Of a stretch of DNA of 64,000 bases, positions 29,510 through 39,849 are shown piece after piece (position 1 is the stretch's first letter; each line of letters opens with the position of its first letter). The notes beneath the pieces are model-generated. The model did no database searches, had not been told where the DNA came from, and saw only the letters and a list, made by a program, of their open reading frames with translations. The stretch is from positions 648,120 to 712,119 of the forward strand of contig CAWHSA010000005.1 of assembly GCA_963831855.1 (NCBI GenBank). Reading direction: 5' to 3'. Source of the DNA: an uncultured Bacteroidales bacterium (GTDB taxonomy: Bacteria > Bacteroidota > Bacteroidia > Bacteroidales > VadinHA17). Position numbers and translations under genes: made by a program.

Positions 29510-32140
29510 TCAGTGTTTAATATCTTTCAGTCTTTCCTCAAGAGCCTTAATTTTAGCTTCAGCGTCGCTTTTCTTCTTTCTCTCCAGATCAGTGACATTT
29601 GCCGGAGCATTAGCGACAAACCTTTCATTATCAAGCCTTTTAATTACCGATTTAAGGAATCCCCTGTAGTATTCAAGCTCTTCCTTTATCTTTCCCAGCT
29701 CTGCCTTAACATCAACCTTGCCCTCAAGGGGAATATAAAACTCAGTAGTGCCGGTCATGAATGTAACGGCGCCCTTCGGCTTATTTTTCACAAACCTGAC
29801 TTCCGTTAAGTAACAAAGCTTAACGATCACAGGAACGAATTCCATGTCATAATCCTCTTCCTCTGCCCGGATACAAAGTGTCAGCTTTTCCCTTGCAGGA
29901 AGCTCCTTTTCTTTTCTGACTGTCCGCACAGCGCTTATCGTTTCCCTGATCGTTTCGAACCTGACAACAATATCTTTATTGTATTTTCTGGCAGCCGGCA
30001 TTCTGCTGATCATCAGACTTTCTCCCTCTTTCCTGTCAGCCAGAAATTGCCATATCTCCTCTGAAATGAAAGGCATGAACGGATGTATCAGCCTCATCAG
30101 TTTATCAAAAATGGCAATTGTCGCTTCAAAGGTGGTCTTGTCTACCGGTTTTTCATACTCGGGCTTCACAATTTCAAGATACCATCCGGAAAATTCATCC
30201 CAGAAAAGTTTGTAAACGGCCATAAGGGCTTCTGAAATTTTGAACCGCCTGAAGTCAGAATCTATTTCGGCAATACCTTTCTTAAGCGCCTCTTCCATCC
30301 ATATGATTGCGGCTTTCGATGAATCAGGCTGAATGATATTTTCACTTACGGTCCAGCTCTTAACCAGCCTGAAAGCATTCCATATCTTATTTGCAAAATT
30401 GCGGCCCTGTTCAGGCAGATTGTCATCGTAAAGCAGGTCATTGCCCGCCGGTGAACATAAAAGCATGCCTACGCGGACACCATCGGCGCCGTACTTCTCA
30501 ATAAGCTCCAGAGGCTCCGGCGAGTTGCCCAGGGATTTGGACATTTTTCTCCTCTGCTGATCGCGGACAAGCCCGGTAAGGTAAACATTGCTGAAAGGCT
30601 TCCGGCCCCGGTACTCATATCCGGCAATTATCATCCGTGCAACCCAGAAAAAAAGTATCTCCGGAGCCGTGATAAGATCGTTGGTCGGATAGTAGTATTT
30701 AAGATCAGGATTATCAGGTTTGTTGATACCGTCAAATGAAGTTATAGGCCATAACCATGATGAGAACCAGGTATCCAGTACGTCCTCATCCTGTTTCAGC
30801 GCTTTTTCGCTGAGATCTGGATTCCCGCTTTTTTGCCTGGCAAGATCCAGCGCTTCACCGGCATTCTCAGCAACAACAAACTCCCTGTTGTCATAATACC
30901 ATGCTGGTATCCTGTGTCCCCACCACAGCTGGCGGCTTATACACCAGTCGTGGACATTTTCCATCCAGTGGCGGTAAAGGTTCCTGTATTTTGAAGGATG
31001 CAGGTGAACCTCTCCCGACATAACGGCATCGAGCGCCGGCTTTGAGATATCCTTCATTTTAAGGAACCACTGCATTGAAAGCTTGGGTTCAATAATTGCA
31101 TGGGTCCGTTCAGAGCGGCCTATTTTATTACTATAGGAAACGACTTTTATAAGGTTTCCTGTCCGTTTCATTTCTTTCTCAGCAAGATCCCTTGCTGCAA
31201 ACCTGTCAACTCCGGCAAACATTCCCGCCCCCGGATTGATAGTTCCGTCATCATTGAAGATATCAATTGAATCAAGACCGTGCCTTATGCCTATCTCATA
31301 ATCATTAATATCATGAGCCGGCGTGATCTTAAGGCAGCCGGTGCCGAATTCCATATCGACATAATCATCATAAATGAATGGGACCTCCCTGTTCGTCATA
31401 GGCACAATGACCTTTCTTCCCTTAAGGTGCTTGTATCGTTCATCATTAGGATTGGCACATACAGCCGTATCGCCGAGTATTGTCTCCGGCCGCGTTGTAG
31501 CCACGGAGACATAATCATTCCACCCGGCAATCTTGTACCTTACATAATAGAGCTTTGACTGCTCCTCGGTAAAATAAACCTCCTCATCTGAAACAGCCGT
31601 CCTTGCCTGGGGATCCCAGTTTACCATCCTGACACCCCTGTAAATCAGACCTTTATTATAAAGGTCGACAAATACCTTAATTACAGAGTCGTACCTGGGC
31701 TTATCCATTGTGAAAAGCGTCCGATCCCAGTCGCACGAGGCGCCCAGCTTTTTAAGCTGTTCAAGTATGATCCCGCCATGTTTGCGGGTCCACTCCCAGG
31801 CATGCTCAATGAATTCTTCCCTCGGTATATTTCTCTTTTCAATACCCTCGCTTTTCAGCTTGGCCACAACCTTTGCTTCGGTGGCTATTGAGGCATGGTC
31901 GGTGCCGGGTACCCAGCATGCATTTTTCCCGAGCATCCTGGCTCTGCGGATCAGCACATCCTGAATGGTATTATTCAGCATATGGCCCATATGCAATACG
32001 CCGGTCACATTAGGCGGAGGAATAACAATTGTATAAGGCTCCCTTTTATCGGGCACGCTTCTGAAAAAGCCATGTTTCATCCAGTAGGCGTACCATTTGT
32101 CCTCTGCCTTGCCCGGCTCGTATTTTGAAGGAATTTCCAT
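29510..32140 (-). CDS. valS: Valine--tRNA ligase
   Basis: 876 aa. HIGH-type motif [18 protein letters not shown] motif KMSKSLGN and a C-terminal coiled coil. Confidence 0.97.
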   Translation of the reverse strand: MEIPSKYEPGKAEDKWYAYWMKHGFFRSVPDKREPYTIVIPPPNVTGVLHMGHMLNNTIQDVLIRRARMLGKNACWVPGTDHASIATEAKVVAKLKSEGIEKRNIPREEFIEHAWEWTRKHGGIILEQLKKLGASCDWDRTLFTMDKPRYDSVIKVFVDLYNKGLIYRGVRMVNWDPQARTAVSDEEVYFTEEQSKLYYVRYKIAGWNDYVSVATTRPETILGDTAVCANPNDERYKHLKGRKVIVPMTNREVPFIYDDYVDMEFGTGCLKITPAHDINDYEIGIRHGLDSIDIFNDDGTINPGAGMFAGVDRFAARDLAEKEMKRTGNLIKVVSYSNKIGRSERTHAIIEPKLSMQWFLKMKDISKPALDAVMSGEVHLHPSKYRNLYRHWMENVHDWCISRQLWWGHRIPAWYYDNREFVVAENAGEALDLARQKSGNPDLSEKALKQDEDVLDTWFSSWLWPITSFDGINKPDNPDLKYYYPTNDLITAPEILFFWVARMIIAGYEYRGRKPFSNVYLTGLVRDQQRRKMSKSLGNSPEPLELIEKYGADGVRVGMLLCSPAGNDLLYDDNLPEQGRNFANKIWNAFRLVKSWTVSENIIQPDSSKAAIIWMEEALKKGIAEIDSDFRRFKISEALMAVYKLFWDEFSGWYLEIVKPEYEKPVDKTTFEATIAIFDKLMRLIHPFMPFISEEIWQFLADRKEGESLMISRMPAARKYNKDIVVRFETIRETISAVRTVRKEKELPAREKLTLCIRAEEEDYDMEFVPVIVKLCYLTEVRFVKNKPKGAVTFMTGTTEFYIPLEGKVDVKAELGKIKEELEYYRGFLKSVIKRLDNERFVANAPANVTDLERKKKSDAEAKIKALEERLKDIKH

Positions 32141-32175
32141 TATGGGTTGATTGTTATATGCTGATCATTGAAAGG

Positions 32176-32183
32176 CAAAATTA
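32176..32183 (-). promoter_or_regulatory. Candidate -7 box (TAATTTTG) for valS
   Basis: The plus strand reads CAAAATTA, which is TAATTTTG on the minus strand, 36 nt upstream of the valS ATG. Confidence 0.35.
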
Positions 32184-32209
32184 AAAAAATAAGTTATATT
32201 CGCTGAAAG

Positions 32210-32235
32210 CATCCCGGAAAAGGCCGGGATGTTTT
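32210..32235 (+). other. Isolated perfect hairpin plus T-tract in the valS / M28 peptidase divergent region
   Basis: CATCCCGG (32210-32217), loop AAAAGG, CCGGGATG (32224-32231), then TTTT. No plus-strand gene ends nearby. Confidence 0.3.
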
Positions 32236-32275
32236 GAATTCAAGACGGACGTCATTAAATTTATCTTTTAAAATT

Positions 32276-33229
32276 ATGAGGCTGCAAAGGATAATATTCA
32301 GATTCCTGCTTCCGGTTGCCGTGCTGTTTTCCCTTACGCAATGCAAAAAGGAAGATCCGGAAAAAATCCGCAGGGAGAATTTTACAAACCTCCTGCTGAC
32401 GGATATAAATGCCGGTTCAATTGAAAACAATATTATCTGGCTTCAGGATATGGGAACAAGGTTTGCGCTGGCGGAAAACCATAAAAAGGTCGCAAAGGAT
32501 ATTAAAGACCGGTTTGCAGGGATAGGTTATACAAACGCAAAAATAGATTCATTCCATATCTCGAAAACCTACAGGAACATAGTTTATGAACAAATGCAAT
32601 ATAATGTCATTGCAACCATTGAGGGGACTAAATATCCTGATTCACTTTGCATTATCGGGGCACATTATGATGATGTCCTGGCTTCAGGTGATCCGTTCAC
32701 TGACGGCCGTGGCGCCAATGATAATGCCAGCGGCGTTGCAGGTATACTTGAAATTGCCAGGGCCATGAAGGAAAATGACTTCACCCCGGAAACAACAATT
32801 AAATTTGTTGCTTTCGGTGCTGAAGAACTTGGTTTGCTTGGAAGCAGTGATTTCGTATCTTACCCGCATGATCCCGGGCAGGCGATCAGGTTCATGCTTA
32901 ATTTCGATATGATCGCTACCGAAACTTCCGCCAACAAGTCAATGTGGCGTGTGAATATCATTGATTATGATAATTCCTATGGATTAAGGAAGGATGCCGA
33001 GGAGATCTGCACCAGGTACACCCGGCTTCAATATAAAAATGATAATACCAATAATAAAAGAAGCGACAGTTACCCATTTTTCGTATCCGGTACCAGGGCT
33101 CTGTATTTTCTCTCTGATGAGATTGATCCGGGCTATCACACCCTGAGCGATATAACAGCGAACTGTAATTTTGACTACTGCAGTGAAATAGCAAAGCTTG
33201 CATGTGCTCTGCTTGTAAGTAAGAACTAG
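32276..33229 (+). CDS. M28-family zinc aminopeptidase, probable lipoprotein
   Basis: Motifs GAHYDD, NDNASGVAGILEIAR and FGAEELGLLGS. Start set at the ATG at 32276 (MRLQRIIFRFLLPVAVLFSLTQC). Confidence 0.85.
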   Translation: MRLQRIIFRFLLPVAVLFSLTQCKKEDPEKIRRENFTNLLLTDINAGSIENNIIWLQDMGTRFALAENHKKVAKDIKDRFAGIGYTNAKIDSFHISKTYRNIVYEQMQYNVIATIEGTKYPDSLCIIGAHYDDVLASGDPFTDGRGANDNASGVAGILEIARAMKENDFTPETTIKFVAFGAEELGLLGSSDFVSYPHDPGQAIRFMLNFDMIATETSANKSMWRVNIIDYDNSYGLRKDAEEICTRYTRLQYKNDNTNNKRSDSYPFFVSGTRALYFLSDEIDPGYHTLSDITANCNFDYCSEIAKLACALLVSKN

Positions 33230-33241
33230 TGGTTTTAACTT

Positions 33242-34111
33242 TTATCTTATAATAAGAATATCTGATACTGCTCTTTCCCCTTCATGATCGAATTTCTTAT
33301 TGTCACAGGGCATATTAACCACACCATTAAATGGTTTCCCATTTATCCACATGGTTGTTGATCCCCCGCCATCAAGATTGATCGCGTCGCAACAGTGAAG
33401 CAAAATCATCAGCTGTGCCAGCTCTGTTAAAGTCATCCCTGCAGCCTCGCCTGTCCGGCCGTCAAGAGTGATAAGAACAGCTTTCCGGGGATTCCTTAAT
33501 CCTAATGCTGTCCTCGGATGCCTGCTTATGACAAGTGAAGTACCGGGTAATTTTGAAAAAGATCTGTTTCTTACAAGTAACGGACCCGTTACAAGAATAT
33601 CTTCATACTCTGAATGAGAATCATACCAGCTGTTTAAAGCGTCTTTGTCAATTATCATTTCCTGTCCCTGCCTTATCAGGACAGCTCCGTTCATGTTGAC
33701 ATTTGGCGGCCATTTCTTTGCCGTGTCCGAATCAGTTATCTTCCCGCCGGTCCTGATATAAGTCACTGATCCACCTTTCTTAATGTCAAAAAAGCCTCCG
33801 TTAACAGCAGCCCTGGCTCTTGCTGATGACGCCTGCTTGCTTACAGGGCTATTTGCTGCAGGATCATATTGTATCCCGATTTTTCTCTTATGAAGATTAA
33901 CTATCAAAATATTGATATTCTGTGGCACTGAATCATTAAGAACAGTGTGGGATGATTTCCAGATAAGTCCCGGCGCGATTTTCTCCCTTTCCCAGTGTAT
34001 TTTGTTAAATCCGGAAATCTGGGCTGAAACAGGTAATGAAAATAAGAGAATGGTTTCAGTAAACCAGAATATAATCTCTAATTGCTTCCTCATAAGAATA
34101 AAAAATAGCAT
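33242..34111 (-). CDS. Phosphodiester glycosidase family protein (DUF2233-like)
   Basis: 289 aa with a signal peptide. Motifs AAVNGGFFD, ...PRTALG... and INLDGGGSTTMW. Confidence 0.7.
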   Translation of the reverse strand: MLFFILMRKQLEIIFWFTETILLFSLPVSAQISGFNKIHWEREKIAPGLIWKSSHTVLNDSVPQNINILIVNLHKRKIGIQYDPAANSPVSKQASSARARAAVNGGFFDIKKGGSVTYIRTGGKITDSDTAKKWPPNVNMNGAVLIRQGQEMIIDKDALNSWYDSHSEYEDILVTGPLLVRNRSFSKLPGTSLVISRHPRTALGLRNPRKAVLITLDGRTGEAAGMTLTELAQLMILLHCCDAINLDGGGSTTMWINGKPFNGVVNMPCDNKKFDHEGERAVSDILIIR

Positions 34112-34132
34112 GCTAATTTATGCCATTTTATT

Positions 34133-34140
34133 TACTTTTG
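34133..34140 (+). promoter_or_regulatory. Candidate -7 box (TACTTTTG) for the aminotransferase gene
   Basis: Exact TAnnTTTG match 34 nt upstream of the ATG at 34174. Confidence 0.35.
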
Positions 34141-34173
34141 TTCCTGATTTAGTCATTTGATAATTTCTTCAGG

Positions 34174-35370
34174 ATGCCATCAATATCCGAAAAGGGCAAA
34201 GCAATGCCCGCTTCACCCATCAGGAAACTTGTTCCCTTCGCAGAAGAAGCAAAAAGGAAAGGAGTTAAGGTTTATCATCTTAATATCGGACAGCCGGATA
34301 TCCCAACCCCCGAGGTTGCCATTAATGCTATCAGGAACATAGATCTTAAGGTGATTGAATACAGTCATTCGGCAGGCAATGAATCTTACCGCCGGAAGCT
34401 GGCTCTATTTTATTCCGGGATTGGAATAAATATTGATCACACGGAACTGCTGGTTACCACGGGCGGATCGGAGGCAATACTCTTTACCCTGATGACCTGT
34501 ATGAATCCCGGTGATGAAGTAATTACACCCGAACCATTTTACGCCAACTATAACGGATTTGCAACCACTGCGGGTGTTAAGATCGTTCCTGTTACTTCCA
34601 GCATTGAAAATGATTTTGCCCTTCCTCCTATCCCGGAAATTGAAAAAAAGATCACTTCAAGGACCAGGGCTATCATTGTATGCAATCCCAATAATCCGAC
34701 CGGATATCTTTATTCAAAAAAGGAGCTCCTTGAGGTAAGGGAAATAGTAAAAGAGCATGATCTGTACCTTTTATCTGATGAGGCTTACAGAGAATTTTGC
34801 TATGATGGGGCTGAACATTTCTCAGCAATGAAGCTTGAGGGTATTGAACAGAATGTAATCCTGCTTGACTCAGTATCAAAGAGATACAGCGAATGTGGTG
34901 TGAGGATAGGTGCGCTGGTAACAAAAAATAAAGAAGTTATTTCAACCGCTCTCAAGTTCGCACAGGCTCGTCTCTCCCCTCCCGGACTCGGTCAGATTGC
35001 AGGCGAGGCTTCAATTGACACTCCTCCGGAATATTTCCGGGAAGTCAATAAGGAATACACTGCCCGCCGTAATTTTATGGTTGAAGCGCTCAACCAGATC
35101 CCCGGTGTTTACTGCCCTAAACCAAAGGGTGCATTCTATTCTGTTGTCAGGCTTCCGGTTGACGATTCCGACAAATTTGCCAGATGGCTCCTTGAGGAAT
35201 TCGAGTATAAGAACCAGACCGTCATGGTTGCCCCGGCATCAGGCTTCTATTCTACTCCGGGCTACGGGAAGAATGAGGTCAGGATTGCTTATGTCCTGAA
35301 GACCGGAGATCTTAGAAATGCGATTGCGACCCTTGCTGAGGCATTGAAAGTTTATCCTGGAAAACTCTAG
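34174..35370 (+). CDS. Pyridoxal-phosphate-dependent aminotransferase, class I (aspartate aminotransferase-like)
   Basis: 398 aa. Motifs NPNNPTG and DEAYREF, plus the PLP-lysine region SVSKRYSECGVRIG. Confidence 0.9.
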   Translation: MPSISEKGKAMPASPIRKLVPFAEEAKRKGVKVYHLNIGQPDIPTPEVAINAIRNIDLKVIEYSHSAGNESYRRKLALFYSGIGINIDHTELLVTTGGSEAILFTLMTCMNPGDEVITPEPFYANYNGFATTAGVKIVPVTSSIENDFALPPIPEIEKKITSRTRAIIVCNPNNPTGYLYSKKELLEVREIVKEHDLYLLSDEAYREFCYDGAEHFSAMKLEGIEQNVILLDSVSKRYSECGVRIGALVTKNKEVISTALKFAQARLSPPGLGQIAGEASIDTPPEYFREVNKEYTARRNFMVEALNQIPGVYCPKPKGAFYSVVRLPVDDSDKFARWLLEEFEYKNQTVMVAPASGFYSTPGYGKNEVRIAYVLKTGDLRNAIATLAEALKVYPGKL

Positions 35371-35457
35371 CATTCCGACCTGAGATCAGGATTATTCTAA
35401 ACACAAAAGGTTATTCATCTGTTTAACATCCTTTCACCTGTTTAATTATTGGAAAAG

Positions 35458-36231
35458 ATGAAATATCTTAAAATTCCCGAACGTGAGATTGTTGAAACAT
35501 TTGTGTATAAGCTTTTTACCAAGATGTTCCCTGCTTCCGGTCCCTTCTCGGAAGCTGAATTCAACGATTATCAGAAAGTTCTGCAACAGGAACTGCCTGA
35601 CATAATTTCCGGACTTACTGCTAAAGAAGAAGTGGTTTCCGGACAATTTGCAGATAATCTTCCTACATTAAGGCAGGAATTGCTGAAAGATGCAAATTAT
35701 ATTCTTGACTCTGATCCTGCAGCCACCACGGTCACTGAAGTAATTGCCATCTATCCGGGATTTTTTGCAATTTTCTGTTACAGGACCGCTAATTTCCTGG
35801 CCCGCAAGCAGATAAGGCTCTTTCCCAGGATGATAACCGAATATGCACACAGGACCACCGGAATAGATATTCATCCTCTTGCTACAATCGGAAGCCCTTT
35901 TTCTATAGACCATGGCACCGGTATTGTGATTGGCGAAACTGCAGAGATAGGTAATTATGTAAAGTTGTACCAGGGTGTCACGATCGGAGCCCTCAGTGTC
36001 GATAAAAGCAAGGCATCAAAAAAAAGGCATCCGACAATAGAGGATAATGTGATTCTGTATTCAGGCTGTACCATACTGGGGGGTAAAACCGTAGTGGGCA
36101 GAAACAGCATTATTGGCGGAAATGTCTGGCTTACAGAAAGTGTTGCCCCTTTCTCCGTTGTCTATCATAAAAGTGAAATAGTTGTACGGGATCAATCTGA
36201 CTTTAAGGAACCTTTAAACTTTATCATTTAA
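35458..36231 (+). CDS. cysE: Serine O-acetyltransferase
   Basis: Hexapeptide-repeat region [42 protein letters not shown]...[17 protein letters not shown]. The ORF-track start at 35449 is TTG; the ATG at 35458 is preferred. Confidence 0.85.
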   Translation: MKYLKIPEREIVETFVYKLFTKMFPASGPFSEAEFNDYQKVLQQELPDIISGLTAKEEVVSGQFADNLPTLRQELLKDANYILDSDPAATTVTEVIAIYPGFFAIFCYRTANFLARKQIRLFPRMITEYAHRTTGIDIHPLATIGSPFSIDHGTGIVIGETAEIGNYVKLYQGVTIGALSVDKSKASKKRHPTIEDNVILYSGCTILGGKTVVGRNSIIGGNVWLTESVAPFSVVYHKSEIVVRDQSDFKEPLNFII

Positions 36232-36250
36232 AATCAGTAATACTATAAAA

Positions 36251-37162
36251 ATGAAAGCAAACTCAATACTTGATACAATTGGAAATACCCCGCACATAAG
36301 GATCAACAGGCTTTTCAGGTCTGATATCTTTGTATGGGTAAAGCTTGAAAGGTCAAATCCCGGAGCAAGTATAAAAGACAGGATTGCACTTTCGATGATA
36401 ATTGATGCGGAAAAGAAAGGAATTATAAATCAGCATACAACTATAATTGAACCCACATCGGGGAATACAGGTATTGGTCTTGCTATGGTTGCAGCCGTAA
36501 AGGGATACAGGCTCATTCTGGTGATGCCGGAATCGATGTCGGTTGAAAGAAGAAAGATAATGGAAGCTTACGGTGCCAGTCTTGTTCTTACCCCGCGTGA
36601 AGGAGGTATGAAAGGTTCAATAACCCGTGCAAAGGAATTAAACCTTGAAATCAAGGATTCATGGATACCCATGCAATTCGATAATCCTGCTAACACCGAC
36701 ATACACAGGAACACCACTGCCCGGGAAATAATTAATGATTTCCCGGAAGGTATTGATTACCTGGTCACCGGTGTCGGAACAGGCGGACATATTACCGGCT
36801 GTGCCGAAGTGCTTAAAGAAAAATTCCCGGGCATCAAAGTCTATGCAGTTGAACCTGAACTCTCTCCTGTTCTCAGTGGCGGTTCACCCGGACCTCATCC
36901 CATTCAGGGATTAGGCGCCGGATTTATTCCTTCAATCCTGAGGACCGAGCTCCTGGATGGTGTTCTTAAAATAAGTAAAGATGAAGCTTTTCTGTATACA
37001 AGGAGAGCTGCAAAGGAAGAAGGTATCTTTGCCGGCATTTCCTCAGGAGCCGCGCTTGCAGCAGTAGCCCGGTTATCAGCGGATTTTGCTCCCGGTTCAA
37101 GGATCATAACCTTCTGCTATGATACCGGAGAGAGATACCTGTCAACGGAGGGTTTGTTCTGA
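36251..37162 (+). CDS. cysK: Cysteine synthase A (O-acetylserine sulfhydrylase)
   Basis: Motifs [25 protein letters not shown] and [10 protein letters not shown]. Confidence 0.95.
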   Translation: MKANSILDTIGNTPHIRINRLFRSDIFVWVKLERSNPGASIKDRIALSMIIDAEKKGIINQHTTIIEPTSGNTGIGLAMVAAVKGYRLILVMPESMSVERRKIMEAYGASLVLTPREGGMKGSITRAKELNLEIKDSWIPMQFDNPANTDIHRNTTAREIINDFPEGIDYLVTGVGTGGHITGCAEVLKEKFPGIKVYAVEPELSPVLSGGSPGPHPIQGLGAGFIPSILRTELLDGVLKISKDEAFLYTRRAAKEEGIFAGISSGAALAAVARLSADFAPGSRIITFCYDTGERYLSTEGLF

Positions 37163-37169
37163 TAAATGT

Positions 37170-37345
37170 TGTCCTGCAGTCTTGCAGTTCCCGATTCGCT
37201 TCGCTCTCGGGATTTGGCTTCGTCGAGCTTCGGTTCGTCACTTCGTTCCTCAACTTGCAGTCTTGCTTTGGCAGCCGAAGCTTTAGCGAAGGCTGGCGGT
37301 CCTGAACAGAGAGGGTTAAGACATAGTTCTTGCTTGAGCGGTGTA
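37170..37345. repeat. GC-rich, TTCG/CGAAG-rich structured spacer between convergent cysK and the DUF1343 gene
   Basis: Small hairpin CTGCA-GTCT-TGCAG (37174-37187). An 11-bp direct repeat TGCAGTCTTGC at 37175 and 37256. Hairpin TCCCGA/TCGGGA (37189-37212). Six TTCG within 37195-37245. AGCTTCGG (37226-33) is complementary to CCGAAGCT (37275-82). Confidence 0.4.
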
Positions 37346-37362
37346 AACTCTTCGGCAGACCT

Positions 37363-38526
37363 TTATTTATAAAGCAGATATTTTCCCCTTATTTCCCTGA
37401 ACTTCCTGAGACCTTCGCCCCACGTTTTTCTGATCTGGTCAGAGGTCATCCCCTGCCGGATCTGCTCACGCAAAACAGGACCCCCGGCGAGGACATCAAA
37501 GTAAGAAGTGAAAAATTTATCCTTCTCCGGGTAATCCGTATAAGCATCAATAAGCCATTTCAGATTGATAGCCGGGAATGGCACCAATTTATCATTCAAT
37601 GCATTACGCAGGTCAGTTCCGAAACATTTTTCTCCAAGGCCTGATGGATTCCTTGCTTCAGGAACACTTTCAGGAGTAAAGCTGAATCCACGGTCAGGCA
37701 ACAGCGGTGATCCATATGCCTGAAAAGGGAACGGTGTTCCTCTGCCAAGTGATATTTTTGTTCCTTCAAACCAGCAGACTGACGGATAAAGATAAACTGA
37801 ATTCATGTTGGGCAGGTTTGGCGAAGGCTTCACAGGAAGATCGTAAAGAGTCTTATGGGTATAATTCTTACACCTTATAACTGTCAGATCACATTTAACC
37901 TTATTTTTCAGCCATCCTTCCCCGTTGATCATCATGCCATACTCCCCTATTGTCATACCATAAACGACAGGGACAGGATTGAGGCCAACGAATGATGTAT
38001 ATGCAGTATCAAGGATATTTCCGTCAATGTAGAATCCATTTGGATTGGGTCTGTCAAAAACAAGGCATTTAATGCCCTGCTCCGCACATGCTTCCATAAC
38101 ATACTGGAGTGTGGAGAGATATGTATAATACCTTACCCCGACATCCTGAATATCAAAGATCACAGTATTGATCCCCTGCAGATCTCCGGGTGCCGGCTTG
38201 TTTTGTGAACCGTACAGGCTGATTATCTGAACACCGGAAACAGGATCCTGTCCGTCCTTTATGTTCTCCCCGGCACCTGCCAGGTCGCGGAAACCATGTT
38301 CAGGAGCAAAAATAACCTTAACGTCTATACCCCGTTTTACAAGAAGATCAACGAGATGAGTATCGCCAGCCATGGAGGTCTGGTTAGCAACAACAGCTAT
38401 CGTTCTGCCCTCAATAAGATGTCTGTATTGTTCATACTGAGCTGCTCCGGGAATGGGGATTTTCTTTTCTCCGTGGCAGCTGTTGACAGTTGCAATCAGT
38501 ATTAACGCCGATATTAATGTTTTCAC
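37363..38526 (-). CDS. DUF1343 family protein (exo-beta-N-acetylmuramidase NamZ-like)
   Basis: 387 aa. Motifs VANQTS, FAPEHGF, VFDIQDVGVRYYTY and FDRPNPNG. Apparent GTG start and a signal/lipoprotein-like N-terminus. Confidence 0.75.
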   Translation of the reverse strand: MKTLISALILIATVNSCHGEKKIPIPGAAQYEQYRHLIEGRTIAVVANQTSMAGDTHLVDLLVKRGIDVKVIFAPEHGFRDLAGAGENIKDGQDPVSGVQIISLYGSQNKPAPGDLQGINTVIFDIQDVGVRYYTYLSTLQYVMEACAEQGIKCLVFDRPNPNGFYIDGNILDTAYTSFVGLNPVPVVYGMTIGEYGMMINGEGWLKNKVKCDLTVIRCKNYTHKTLYDLPVKPSPNLPNMNSVYLYPSVCWFEGTKISLGRGTPFPFQAYGSPLLPDRGFSFTPESVPEARNPSGLGEKCFGTDLRNALNDKLVPFPAINLKWLIDAYTDYPEKDKFFTSYFDVLAGGPVLREQIRQGMTSDQIRKTWGEGLRKFREIRGKYLLYK

Positions 38527-38563
38527 CGGAATGCAATTTAATATTGTAAATCTAGTTATTTTT

Positions 38564-38571
38564 TAACTTTG
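38564..38571 (+). promoter_or_regulatory. Candidate -7 box (TAACTTTG) for the LolE-like permease gene
   Basis: Exact TAnnTTTG match 17 nt upstream of the ATG at 38588. Confidence 0.3.
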
Positions 38572-38587
38572 AGTCTTCAACATCAAA

Positions 38588-39832
38588 ATGAACCTGCCTT
38601 ATTTCATAGCACAGCGGCTCATTAAAGGGCGAAGCGAAGGGACATCATTTTCCCGCCCGATAAATGTCATTGCTGTAATTGGCATTGCAATGGGACTTGC
38701 AGTGATGATTCTTGCTGTTGCTATTCTGACCGGATTCAAGCAGCAGATCAGGGAAAAAGTGGTCGGATTCGGATCGAACATACAGATCGTGAATTTTGAC
38801 TCAAATATCTCACTTGAAACGACCCCTATCAGTGAGAACCAGGATTTCATACCCAAGATAAAAAAGATCCCCGGCATCAAACACGTTCAGGTTTTTGCAA
38901 CAAAAGCAGGGATTATAAATACAGGTGAAGATATTCAGGGTGTGGTGCTGAAAGGCGTGGGCAGCGACTTCGACTGGAGCTATTTCAAAAGCTGCATGGT
39001 CGGAGGATCTGTTTTCACAGTCACTGATACAGGTCGTACCGACAAGGTAATAATTTCAAAAAAGATTTCAGAGATGCTACGGCTCAATGTCGGGGATTCT
39101 TTTGTTATGCACTTCATCCAGGACCCGCCCCGCCAGAGAAAATTCACGATAAGCGGCATCTATGAAACCAGCCTTGAAGAGTTTGACAAAATGTATGTCT
39201 TCTGCGACATAGCCCATATCAGAAGGCTTAATGGCTGGAAAGATGATCAGGTAAGTGGTTTTGAAATATTTATAAATGATTTTGACAGGCTCGAGGAGAT
39301 GACTGATCTGGTTCTGGATTCCTTAGGGCTGAGGATCTCAGAAAATGAAGAAAAATTCAAGGTTACAAATATCAGGTATAAGTATCCCCAGATCTTTGAC
39401 TGGCTTAATTTTCAGGATATCAACGTAATTATAATTATAATCCTGATGCTTGTGGTTGCAGGATTTAATATGATCTCCGGTCTGCTTATTCTTATTCTCG
39501 AAAAAACCAACATGATCGGAGTATTGAAAGCTCTTGGTTCTGAGGATGCAACAATCCGCAGGGTTTTCCTTTACCAGGCTGCTTACCTTATTGGCAAGGG
39601 ATTATTCTGGGGTAATCTGTTCGGTATCGGACTTGCTTTTGTTCAGCTTAAGACCGGGATCATAACTCTTGATCCTTCATCATATTATATTAAGACTGTA
39701 CCCATCAACCTGGAACTGCTCCATATCCTTCTTCTGAATATTGGTTCTATGGTTGCAATTATAGTTATGCTGCTGGTCCCTTCCAAACTGATAAGCAGTA
39801 TTACTCCGGTAAAAGCAATACGGTACGATTGA
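38588..39832 (+). CDS. FtsX-like ABC transporter permease, LolC/LolE (lipoprotein-release) type
   Basis: 414 aa. N-terminus MNLPYFIAQRLIKG...SRPINVIAVIGIAMG, a periplasmic domain and a C-terminal FtsX module (IGVLKALGSEDATIRRVFLYQA). Confidence 0.8.
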   Translation: MNLPYFIAQRLIKGRSEGTSFSRPINVIAVIGIAMGLAVMILAVAILTGFKQQIREKVVGFGSNIQIVNFDSNISLETTPISENQDFIPKIKKIPGIKHVQVFATKAGIINTGEDIQGVVLKGVGSDFDWSYFKSCMVGGSVFTVTDTGRTDKVIISKKISEMLRLNVGDSFVMHFIQDPPRQRKFTISGIYETSLEEFDKMYVFCDIAHIRRLNGWKDDQVSGFEIFINDFDRLEEMTDLVLDSLGLRISENEEKFKVTNIRYKYPQIFDWLNFQDINVIIIIILMLVVAGFNMISGLLILILEKTNMIGVLKALGSEDATIRRVFLYQAAYLIGKGLFWGNLFGIGLAFVQLKTGIITLDPSSYYIKTVPINLELLHILLLNIGSMVAIIVMLLVPSKLISSITPVKAIRYD

Positions 39833-39849
39833 AAGTCAGCTCCGGGATT

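Noticed and set aside
35383-35396. CCTGA-GA-TCAGG palindrome just after the aminotransferase stop as a terminator
   Set aside because: A 5-bp stem with a 2-nt loop and no T-tract is too weak to call.
37166-37372. 68-aa plus-strand ORF after cysK (MLSCSLAVPDSLRSRDLASSSFGSSLRSS...)
   Set aside because: The low-complexity S/L/R text comes from the TTCG repeat element. It has no start context and overlaps the stop region of the convergent gene, so it is treated as a non-coding structured spacer.
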